Shown here in pieces: positions 9,609 to 17,350 of a stretch of DNA of 64,000 nt. Location: positions 3,496 to 67,495 of the forward strand of contig CAMBZZ010000007.1 in assembly GCA_945872615.1 (NCBI GenBank), written 5' to 3'. A program made the position numbers and the translations under genes. How positions within the stretch are numbered: the first letter of the stretch is position 1; every line of letters starts with the position of its first letter. Source of the DNA: an uncultured Clostridia bacterium (GTDB taxonomy: Bacteria > Bacillota > Clostridia > Christensenellales > UBA3700). The notes under the pieces were generated by a model. The model made no database searches and was not told the DNA's origin. It was given only the letters and a program-made list of their open reading frames with translations.

Positions 9609-9785
9609 ATGGTTGATTGGAACGGAGACGGCAACTTGGATAGACGAGACGACGACTTTTATAACAACGTACTCGATGGCAATCAAACTCCGCCGACTAA
9701 TAATAGCGGAGGCGGTTGGGGTATAGGAAAAACCCTATTGTTTGTCGGTTTGGCGATATTATTTTTGATATTGGAAATTAAGTAG
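9609..9785 (+). CDS. 58-aa membrane-anchored mini-protein with a DxNxDGxxD (EF-hand/dockerin-like) loop
   Basis: AAGGAGGG RBS 6 nt before the ATG at 9609. Sequence MVDWNGDGNLDRRDDD..., then a Gly-rich linker, then the C-terminal TM helix LLFVGLAILFLILEI. Confidence 0.5.
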   Translation: MVDWNGDGNLDRRDDDFYNNVLDGNQTPPTNNSGGGWGIGKTLLFVGLAILFLILEIK

Positions 9786-9957
9786 TTGATTTTGACAAAA
9801 TCTGCGTTTTGTCTGACAAAACCGCATTTGGACTTGTTATATATAGGGAAGTAGAGAGAAAATCGTCAAAACGCGTATCCAAAATACATTTTTTGATACT
9901 TTTCGTCATATTTGTATTGGTACAATAAATCTAATAGTTGGGCGAGACAAGTCGCAG

Positions 9958-10170
9958 CTAGAATTGTAATCTGTCAAGGAGGAAATCGCAAGAAACTTCA
10001 AAGAAATCTGCAATTTTGCACAACGTATCGAGATCGGGCTCTCGGCTACCCGACTCCCAAAAGCTGATGGTTTGGTTGCATACGCCAAATATCTCTCCCA
10101 GTTGTCTTTGGGATAGTTTTTTCTCGAGCCTCAAATCTCGCAAAATTTTGCCGAAAGTATTGTTGTACAT
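9958..10170 (-). CDS. XRE-family HTH transcriptional regulator (70 aa)
   Basis: LRLEKKLSQRQLGEIFGVCNQTISFWESGSREPDLDTL is a classic Cro/C1 HTH. No SD sequence upstream of the ATG. Confidence 0.85.
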   Translation of the reverse strand: MYNNTFGKILRDLRLEKKLSQRQLGEIFGVCNQTISFWESGSREPDLDTLCKIADFFEVSCDFLLDRLQF

Positions 10171-10189
10171 AATTTTATTCTACGATATT

Positions 10190-10231
10190 TTCCTACAAAA
10201 TGTTGACTTCCTACAAAATGTAGGATATAAT
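10190..10231 (+). promoter_or_regulatory. Promoter TTGACT-17-TATAAT whose spacer is the perfect palindrome TCCTACA-AAA-TGTAGGA; an extra direct half-site lies upstream
   Basis: -35 at 10203..10208, palindrome at 10209..10225, -10 at 10226..10231. TTCCTACAAAATGT occurs at 10190..10203 and again at 10208..10221. Confidence 0.65.
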
Positions 10232-10466
10232 CAAATATATCCAAAACAAATTTTTGTAAGCATTAAAAAGCGATTACGCGAGTAAATTAAATACAGCTTA
10301 GTTATAAAATCAACGTATTGCTTGGCAAAGATAACTATTTGAAATATAACTAAGATAGGGTACAAGAAGTGAAGAGGAAATATCATTGCCAAACTGTAAA
10401 CCATAAGTAAAGACGCTACATAATATAATTGACATAAATAAAAAAACTTTTAAGGAGGCTTTTGTT

Positions 10467-11683
10467 ATGAAAAGCAAAAGAGAATTTTAGCACTTCTCAT
10501 TGCTATCGTAGTATGTGTTTCGGCTTGCGTATTCGCAGGTTGCAACGATGAAGTCGACAACCGCGACCCTAAAATCGTGGCTGTATATAACCTCTACGTA
10601 GCAAGTGCGGAAGAAGCAGGCACAACGCCTTTGTCCTATGAAGCATGGATAGAATCAATCAGAGGTGCAAAGGGTGAGACGGGTGCAACAGGTATTGCGG
10701 GTGCCGACGGTAAGTCTGCATACGAGATATGGAAAGCACTCAATCCTAATAGCACTTTGACCGAGGCTCAATGGCTTGCTAGCTTGGTTGGACCACAAGG
10801 ACCACAAGGTGAGCAAGGTATCCAAGGACCACAAGGCGAGCAAGGTATCCAAGGACCACAAGGTGAGCAAGGTATCCAAGGACCACAAGGTGAACAAGGT
10901 ATCCAAGGCGAGACGGGACGTATCGGCTTTGTAGTTACGGATTTTGCACAATTCAATGCCGCTGTAAAAGTTGACAACGCATACGTTTTGTTGGCAAATG
11001 ACATCGAAACGACTGCACAGATAGACGCTACTAAGAACGTGATAATCGACTTGGGTGGTAATACTATTACCAGCAGCGGTTACGCTATTCAAGCGGTTGG
11101 CAGTGAGGCAAACGTCGTTATTAAGAACGGTAAGATTGTTTCGGGCGGCGTTGCAACGTGTGCTACCGAAGGGGCTACTCTCGTAGTTGACGATATCGAA
11201 ATAACTGCTCAAGAGGCTTGTTTGATGGCTTTCTATGCGTCTAACTTGACTGTCAACGGTGGTACATATACGTCAAAAGATAACCTTGTAATTATGACCA
11301 ACGGAACTACGGGACAGGGTAAGAACAATATCGTTGTCAACGGTGGTACCTTCAACGGCAATATCACAACGAGCGGATATATCGCAGGCGGTATTTACGT
11401 AGCCAACGACGATACCGTAGTAGTCAACGGCGGTACTTTCAATATCGTCAACGGTGTAGGTATCGTGGCACGTTCGGGTAACACCACCGTCAACGAAGGC
11501 GTTGTATTCAACATCACTTGTGACGGAACCATTACCGCAGGTAGAGTAGGCGACGCAAAAATCGATATTACTGTACCACACGAATTGGTATTGGATTTGA
11601 GTGCCAACTATCCGGGTGGAACTCCTTCAATCGTCAACAATGGTAATTATGAGTTGTACGTACACGAAACTAACGTAGCGTAA
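10467..11683 (+). pseudogene. Collagen-like repeat / beta-helix surface lipoprotein with an apparent 1-nt frameshift in the signal-peptide region (pseudogene, phase-off state or base-calling error)
   Basis: AAGGAGG at 10452..10458 precedes ATG 10467 (MKSKREF, then TAG at 10488). The -1 frame, open from 10454, encodes ..KRILALLIAIVVCVSACVFAGC (lipobox) and continues into ORF 10577..11683. That ORF has G-X-Y repeats and repeated VNGGT(F/Y) units. Confidence 0.6.
10799..10906 (+). repeat. Tandem repeat, 4 x 27 bp (GGACCACAAGGTGAGCAAGGTATCCAA), encoding (GPQGEQGIQ)4
   Basis: Units at 10799, 10826, 10853 and 10880, with 1 substitution each in units 2 and 4. Confidence 0.95.
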
Positions 11684-11710
11684 TTGACTGCGTGACAAAA
11701 CAAAAAATAG

Positions 11711-11743
11711 CTGCGACGAGAAAACTTGTCGCAGTATTTTTTT
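11711..11743 (+). terminator. Rho-independent terminator
   Basis: CTGCGAC-gagaaaactt-GTCGCAG followed by TATTTTTTT. Confidence 0.8.
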
Positions 11744-11750
11744 GCAAAAG

Positions 11751-12060
11751 GACGTAGGGACAATCCCTCCGTCTTGCCATAAAAGGCTCGTTCACGGTGT
11801 CCTAACTCTCCTTGCCTTGCTTGTACCTATGGCGTGAGAGGGGATAGTTTTAGTAGATTTATAGACTCAAAGTATAAGATTAGGATTCACCACCTGTGGT
11901 GGTCCCCCTTCCCTTGCACAGGGACGGCTTCAAAAGGATTGAGATTGCCACGCCAAAGGCTTTGCTGACGCAAAATGTACACAACGCATTGACATACGGA
12001 TAGAGATTCCTACGCTCGCTTTGCTCGCTCTGAATGACAAACTGCGTGGTATACGCTCCA
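11751..12060. repeat. Block of REP-like intergenic hairpin repeats
   Basis: Hairpins GACGtAGGGA-caa-TCCCTcCGTC (11751..11773), CACCAC-ct-GTGGTG and CCCT-tgcac-AGGG. The 31-nt core 11900..11930 is the exact reverse complement of 58553..58583. Confidence 0.7.
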
Positions 12061-12107
12061 CCCAATGACATATAATAATTATCGCAACGGCAATAGTATT
12101 GGAATTG

Positions 12108-12135
12108 CAAAAAAAAGACTACCCTCGGGTAGTCT
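12108..12135 (-). terminator. Rho-independent terminator of fba
   Basis: AGACTACCC-tcg-GGGTAGTCT, with A8 on the plus strand (a T-run on the minus strand). Confidence 0.8.
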
Positions 12136-12153
12136 TTATGTATTTTCGTTTGA

Positions 12154-13143
12154 TTATTTGCCGAGAATTTCGTCAGCCTTGCCTGCGCAACCCAAAACTT
12201 CGATAAGTTTGTGCTTAACGACTGCTTTGATGTTAGTTCTTGCGTCGCCGAGATATTGTCTTGGGTCGAAGTGGTCAGGATGCTCTGCAAAGTGCTTTCT
12301 GATACCTGCGGTGCAACCAAGTCTGAGGTCGGAGTCGATGTTGATTTTGCATACCGACATAGCTGCAGCTTGGCGCAACTGTTTCTCAGGGATACCTACT
12401 GCATCAGGCATTTTGCCACCGTTTTCGTTGATAATCTTGACGAATTCTTGTGGAACGGAAGAAGAGCCGTGCAATACGATAGGGAAACCAGGGAGTTGAG
12501 CGGAAACTGCTTCGAGAATATCAAATCTGAGTGGAGGTGGAACGAGCACGCCGTTCTCGTCTCTGGTGCATTGATCCGGCTTAAACTTGTATGCGCCGTG
12601 GGAAGTACCGATTGCTATAGCCAAAGAGTCAACGCCCGTTCTCTTGACGAAGTCAACGACTTCTTCAGGTCTGGTGTAAGAGCCTACTGCGTGAGATACT
12701 TCGTCTTCGATACCTGCCAAAGTACCTAACTCGCCTTCTACGGTAACGTATGGATGGTTGGTGGTGTCGTGAGCGTATTCTACGACTTTCTTGGTCAATG
12801 CAACGTTGTCTTCATAAGAGAGAGCCGAGCCGTCAATCATTACGGACGAAAAACCGCCGTCGATACAGCTCTTGCACAATTCGAAAGAATCGCCGTGGTC
12901 AAGGTGGAGAGAGATAGGCAAACCGGAAACTTCTACGGCAGCCTCAACCATCTTTCTAAGATATACGGGGTTGGCATAATTTCTTGCGCCCTTGGATACT
13001 TGAAGGATGAGAGGTGCGTTGACTTCCATAGCCGCCTCTACGATACCTTGAATGATTTCCATGTTATTGACGTTGAAAGCACCGATTGCGTAACCGCCGT
13101 TGTATGCTTTTTCAAACATCGCTTTTGTGTTCATTAATGGCAT
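12154..13143 (-). CDS. fba: Class II fructose-1,6-bisphosphate aldolase
   Basis: MPLMNTKAMFEKAYNGGYAIGAFNVNNMEI..LHLDHG..HGSSSVP. GAGGAGG lies 8 nt upstream of the ATG at 13143. The ORF-track upstream extension to 13365 has no RBS support. Confidence 0.92.
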   Translation of the reverse strand: MPLMNTKAMFEKAYNGGYAIGAFNVNNMEIIQGIVEAAMEVNAPLILQVSKGARNYANPVYLRKMVEAAVEVSGLPISLHLDHGDSFELCKSCIDGGFSSVMIDGSALSYEDNVALTKKVVEYAHDTTNHPYVTVEGELGTLAGIEDEVSHAVGSYTRPEEVVDFVKRTGVDSLAIAIGTSHGAYKFKPDQCTRDENGVLVPPPLRFDILEAVSAQLPGFPIVLHGSSSVPQEFVKIINENGGKMPDAVGIPEKQLRQAAAMSVCKINIDSDLRLGCTAGIRKHFAEHPDHFDPRQYLGDARTNIKAVVKHKLIEVLGCAGKADEILGK

Positions 13144-13331
13144 AACCATTACCTCCTCAAAAAAATAATTTTTTAACAAAGATATGTTATCATACCTTGT
13201 GACAAATATCAAGTCTTTGAACAAAAAAGTGCAAATATGGCGATTTTGGCATTTACATATCGACCAAAAGGTGTATAATATTATCAATATATTATGCGTG
13301 CCGCAAAGACGGCAAAATAGGAGAAATATAT

Positions 13332-14450
13332 ATGATGGTGGACAAAAGAGTGGAAACTCTGGCAAAAAATCTCGTCAACTTTTCTTGTAAGGTCAAGAAG
13401 GGCGAGAGAGTGTTGGTGGAAGCCTTTGGAATAGACTATCAACTAGTCAACTGTATAGTCAAAGAAGTTTACGCCGTGGGAGCGTATCCATTCGTAAGCG
13501 TCAAGGATAACCGCATAGAGAGAGAAATATATAAGGGTATGAGCGAAAGCCTTGCTTGCGATATGGCAAGATACGACGGCTACAAGATGGACGAGATGGA
13601 CGCGTATATTGGCATTAGAGGGGGTGAAAACGCCTTTGAAACCTCCGACGTACCGAGCGACAAGATGGGTATATACAATAGATTGTATTCTTTGCCCGTT
13701 CATCACGAAAAGAGAGTAAAACACACCAAGTGGGTGGTGCTCAGATACCCGACGCAAGGTATGAGCAGTATGTCGGCTATGTCTACAGAGGCATTCGAGG
13801 ATTTTTACTTCGACGTGTGCAACCTCGACTATGCCAAAATGGACGAGGCTATGACCCCGCTTGTAGAACTGCTCAACAAGACCGACAAGGTGCGTATCGT
13901 TGCGCCTAACACCGACCTTAGATTTTCTATCAAAGGTATCCCTGCCGTCAAGTGTAGCGGGGAGAGAAATATTCCCGACGGAGAGGTCTATACAGCGCCC
14001 GTCAAGGACAGCGTCAACGGCTATATCACCTATAATGCTCCGACGAGCAAAAACGGATATAAGTTCGAAAATATTAGACTGGAATTCCAAAACGGCAAAA
14101 TCGTCAAAGCAACGGGCAACAACGATAAGGCTTTGCAAGAGATTTTCGACACCGACGAGGGCGCAAGATACGTGGGTGAGTTTGCCCTAGGCGTCAATCC
14201 TTATATCAACAAGCCGATGGGGGATATTCTCTTTGACGAAAAAATCAGCGGGTCTATCCACTTTACCCCCGGTAGTTGCTACGACGAAGCACCCAACGGC
14301 AACACTTCTGCGATACATTGGGACTTGGTGCTTATCCAAACGCCTCAATACGGCGGAGGAGAGATATACTTCGACGACGTACTCGTGCGAAAAGACGGCT
14401 TGTTCGTACTGCCCGAGCTTGAGTGCCTCAATCCCGATAACTTGAAATAA
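13332..14450 (+). CDS. M29-family aminopeptidase (AmpS/PepS-like)
   Basis: 372 aa. Has ..GEFALGVNPYI.. and ..SAIHWDLV.. motifs and a length typical of M29. Confidence 0.75.
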   Translation: MMVDKRVETLAKNLVNFSCKVKKGERVLVEAFGIDYQLVNCIVKEVYAVGAYPFVSVKDNRIEREIYKGMSESLACDMARYDGYKMDEMDAYIGIRGGENAFETSDVPSDKMGIYNRLYSLPVHHEKRVKHTKWVVLRYPTQGMSSMSAMSTEAFEDFYFDVCNLDYAKMDEAMTPLVELLNKTDKVRIVAPNTDLRFSIKGIPAVKCSGERNIPDGEVYTAPVKDSVNGYITYNAPTSKNGYKFENIRLEFQNGKIVKATGNNDKALQEIFDTDEGARYVGEFALGVNPYINKPMGDILFDEKISGSIHFTPGSCYDEAPNGNTSAIHWDLVLIQTPQYGGGEIYFDDVLVRKDGLFVLPELECLNPDNLK

Positions 14451-14466
14451 ATTGATACGTATTGAC

Positions 14467-14506
14467 AAAATAACGACTTTGCATTATCGCAAAGTCGTTA
14501 TTGTTT
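14467..14506. terminator. Bidirectional terminator between convergent genes
   Basis: AATAACGACTTTGC-attatc-GCAAAGTCGTTATT flanked by A/T runs. The right arm overlaps the XRE stop codon. Confidence 0.75.
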
Positions 14507-14698
14507 GCCTACCAATTCGTCTATCGTTATACCTAATATATTGGACAACAAAATCAACGTGTCAATGTCGGGCTCTTGGTACCCGTTTTCCCATTTGGCA
14601 ATCGTGCCTTGGCTTACCTTACATATCTCGGCTAACTTGACTTGAGATATTTTTTCGGCTTTTCTATACAGTTTTAGAGTTTCCGGAAATTTGTTCAT
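14498..14698 (-). CDS. XRE-family HTH transcriptional regulator (66 aa)
   Basis: KISQVKLAEICKVSQGTIAKWENGYQEPDIDTL is a Cro/C1 HTH. Confidence 0.85.
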   Translation of the reverse strand: MNKFPETLKLYRKAEKISQVKLAEICKVSQGTIAKWENGYQEPDIDTLILLSNILGITIDELVGKQ

Positions 14699-14719
14699 AT
14701 TATTAGCATATTCTAAATG

Positions 14720-14760
14720 CGAATATTTTTCTTGACATATTCGAAAAACGAATATATGAT
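14720..14760 (+). promoter_or_regulatory. Promoter TTGACA-17-TATGAT whose spacer is the perfect palindrome TATTCG-AAAAA-CGAATA; an extra half-site lies upstream
   Basis: -35 at 14732..14737, palindrome at 14738..14754, -10 at 14755..14760. Additional CGAATAT at 14720..14726. Confidence 0.65.
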
Positions 14761-14804
14761 TTAATTATTGACGATTAAATTTTAGTTATACCAAGGAGGA
14801 TATT

Positions 14805-15959
14805 ATGAACAAAAAAGTATTGATAATTGCTATTGTCGTAGCTTTGTTGGTATCTATGATGCTGACGACGGTGGGGTGCGATATGCTTGGCAAAGACCAA
14901 GTGCCAAGCGACGGAGATAACGGTAACATAGACGACGGCAACGAGCAACCCGGCGACCAACAGCCCGATGAAGAAGGCGAAACAGAGGTCGGTTTTACTA
15001 ACAAAAATACTATAAAGTTTATAGTTGACAACTTCGACAAGTTTTTGGCTGTAGAAAGTTCTATCTTGTATTTGTTCAACGGCGCAATGGTTGATCTGGA
15101 ATCAAGGACGCAAGACTTTTTTGATACAAGGTGTACGGGTTTCTTTTATTTGAATATTGCCGAAACTTCACAGCCTCTATTCGTAGTATTTTTGGACAAA
15201 GAATATACCGAACTAGACGCCCAACTAAAAGAATTTCTCTCGGTCGATATGGGATTAGCCGAGTACGAACTAAAAGGGGATTTCGTGGTATCGGGTAACG
15301 ATTACGATGAATTTTTGCAACTCGATACTAGCGGGGTTGATAAAGCTATGCTTGACAATGCCCAAAAAGCCTTTGACGATATGCTTGCTATAAAGAGTAC
15401 TATTTATTTTGTAGGCTCTGAGAACTCGCTAGAAATATTTAACGCCGTATCTGACGGTAATTGCGACAGCTATTATAGCTACGTAAAGATTGACGAAGCG
15501 GAACGAGATAATAAATTATTGAAGTGGAACAACGAAAAAGGCAACTATACTCAAGATAGTTATTGCTATTATGAAAACGGATATTTAGTTACTTGGTACA
15601 CGTACAAAGAAGGGTTGAGCTATACTTTGAGTAGCGACGGTCTATCGTACTCGGTAAAAAGATTTTCTTATTCGATAGACGATGAAAAAAATATTGTGAT
15701 ACCGAGTGAATACAACGGCAAACCCGTTACGGAAATATCTGTTATGGCATTTGTGTCTATCAAAGGTCTAAAATCTATAACAATACCTGATAGCGTTACT
15801 AAGTTTGGTTGGCTCATAATAAGTCTTTGTGACGACTTTACGACGATCAACTATCAAGGAACTATGGAACAATGGAACGCAATAGAAAAGCAAAACGGTT
15901 GGGTGCAAAATTCGGGCAACGTCGTAATTCATTGCACCGACGGCGATATTGCCAAATAA
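14805..15959 (+). CDS. Surface lipoprotein with a C-terminal BspA-type leucine-rich-repeat region
   Basis: AAGGAGG RBS. Signal peptide with lipobox ..LTTVGC. C-terminal IVIPSEYNGKPVTEISVMAF..LKSITIPDSVTKFG is typical of BspA-like LRRs. Confidence 0.7.
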   Translation: MNKKVLIIAIVVALLVSMMLTTVGCDMLGKDQVPSDGDNGNIDDGNEQPGDQQPDEEGETEVGFTNKNTIKFIVDNFDKFLAVESSILYLFNGAMVDLESRTQDFFDTRCTGFFYLNIAETSQPLFVVFLDKEYTELDAQLKEFLSVDMGLAEYELKGDFVVSGNDYDEFLQLDTSGVDKAMLDNAQKAFDDMLAIKSTIYFVGSENSLEIFNAVSDGNCDSYYSYVKIDEAERDNKLLKWNNEKGNYTQDSYCYYENGYLVTWYTYKEGLSYTLSSDGLSYSVKRFSYSIDDEKNIVIPSEYNGKPVTEISVMAFVSIKGLKSITIPDSVTKFGWLIISLCDDFTTINYQGTMEQWNAIEKQNGWVQNSGNVVIHCTDGDIAK

Positions 15960-16130
15960 TAAATTAAGTGGCAATCGAAAGGTTGCTACTTTTTTGCCAA
16001 AAAAACGGATAAAAATAACAAAATACATATAATTTACAACTTTTTGGATAATTCGCTTGCAATAATCGGATATAATTGTTAAAATATTGGCAGTAACAAA
16101 TAAGAATTTATTTTTTGGAGGAATATAATT

Positions 16131-17153
16131 ATGGCAAATGTAAGAGTTGCAATCAACGGTTTTGGCCGTATCGGTCGTCTCGCTTTCAGACAAATGTTCG
16201 GCGCAGAGGGCTATGAAGTAGTAGCTATCAACGATTTGACAAGCCCAAAAATGCTTGCTCATCTTTTGAAGTATGACACGATGCAAGGCAACTACGCAAG
16301 AGACCACAAGGTTGACTTTACCGACAATTCTATCGTAGTAGACGGCAAAGAAATCACCATTTACGCAAAGGCTAACGCTGCAGAACTTCCTTGGGGAGAA
16401 CTCAACGTTGACGTAGTACTCGAGTGCACCGGTTTCTACACCTCTAAGGCTAAAGCTCAAGCTCACATCGACGCTGGCGCTAAGAACGTCGTTATCTCCG
16501 CACCTGCAGGCAACGACCTTCCTACTATCGTTTACAACGTAAACCACAAGACTTTGACCAAAGAAGACCACATCATCTCGGCTGCTTCTTGCACCACCAA
16601 CTGTCTTGCTCCTATGGCTAAAGCTCTCAACGACTACGCTCCTATCCAATCTGGTATCATGACCACCGTTCACGCTTACACCGGTGACCAAATGATCCTT
16701 GACGGACCACAAAGAAAGGGCGACCTCAGAAGATCTAGAGCAGGCGCTATGAACATCGTTCCTAACAGCACCGGCGCTGCTAAGGCTATCGGTCTCGTTA
16801 TCCCAGAACTCAACGGCAAGCTTATCGGTTCTGCTCAACGTGTTCCTACCGCTACCGGTTCTACCACTATTCTCGTAGCAGTAGTTAAGGGTAAGGACAT
16901 CACCAAAGAAGGTATCAACGAAGCTATGAAGGCTCAAGCTACCGAATCTTTCGGCTACAACACCGATGAAATCGTTTCTTCCGACGTCGTTGGTATGAGA
17001 TTCGGCTCTTTGTTCGACGCTACTCAAACCATGGTTTCTAAGATTGACGAAGATACATACCAAGTACAAGTCGTTTCTTGGTACGACAACGAGAATTCTT
17101 ACACCAGCCAAATGGTAAGAACTATCAAATACTTTGCAGAACTTAACAAATAA
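16131..17153 (+). CDS. gap: Glyceraldehyde-3-phosphate dehydrogenase
   Basis: [15 protein letters not shown].., active site [13 protein letters not shown]-terminal WYDNENSY. Confidence 0.97.
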   Translation: MANVRVAINGFGRIGRLAFRQMFGAEGYEVVAINDLTSPKMLAHLLKYDTMQGNYARDHKVDFTDNSIVVDGKEITIYAKANAAELPWGELNVDVVLECTGFYTSKAKAQAHIDAGAKNVVISAPAGNDLPTIVYNVNHKTLTKEDHIISAASCTTNCLAPMAKALNDYAPIQSGIMTTVHAYTGDQMILDGPQRKGDLRRSRAGAMNIVPNSTGAAKAIGLVIPELNGKLIGSAQRVPTATGSTTILVAVVKGKDITKEGINEAMKAQATESFGYNTDEIVSSDVVGMRFGSLFDATQTMVSKIDEDTYQVQVVSWYDNENSYTSQMVRTIKYFAELNK

Positions 17154-17175
17154 GTCTAACTAAGTAAATACGCAA

Positions 17176-17206
17176 AGGGGCGGATAACAATCCGCCTCTT
17201 TTTGTT
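17176..17206 (+). terminator. Rho-independent terminator of gap
   Basis: AGGGGCGGA-taacaa-TCCGCCTCT followed by TTTTGTT. Confidence 0.8.
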
Positions 17207-17350
17207 AAACTCGGCAGGCAAGGTGCGAAGAAATGCTTATTATCACCGTGAGAATTAGCTTGCACAGCCACAGTCGGGACGAGCAAATTTTGTAGTGGAG
17301 CGGGTATTGACAAAATAATATTATTTTATTAAAATACTTGTAGTGAAAGT

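Noticed and set aside
10232-10466. The long 5' UTR of the collagen-like gene as a riboswitch (for example c-di-GMP).
   Set aside because: It is AT-rich and lacks the conserved GEMM-type motifs or any convincing multi-stem structure that I can see by eye.
9958-11683. The XRE gene plus collagen-like/beta-helix protein as a prophage remnant (repressor plus tail fibre).
   Set aside because: There are no integrase, capsid, terminase or other phage genes nearby. The large protein has a lipoprotein signal peptide, which argues for a cellular surface protein.
13144-13365. The N-terminal 74-aa extension of the fba ORF (12154..13365), and similar upstream extensions in the ORF track (8473, 24124, 43015, 49904, 60329, 20638).
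   Set aside because: The extensions lack RBSs, overlap promoters or upstream genes, and encode non-conserved sequence. Internal ATGs with good Shine-Dalgarno sequences coincide with the canonical N-termini.
17213-17310. A possible structured ncRNA between the gap terminator and the ClC gene.
   Set aside because: It more likely belongs to the same REP-like repeat family (a shared GGCAAGG...CACCGTGA segment with the reverse complement of 11775..11830). The similarity is too loose to annotate as a separate feature.
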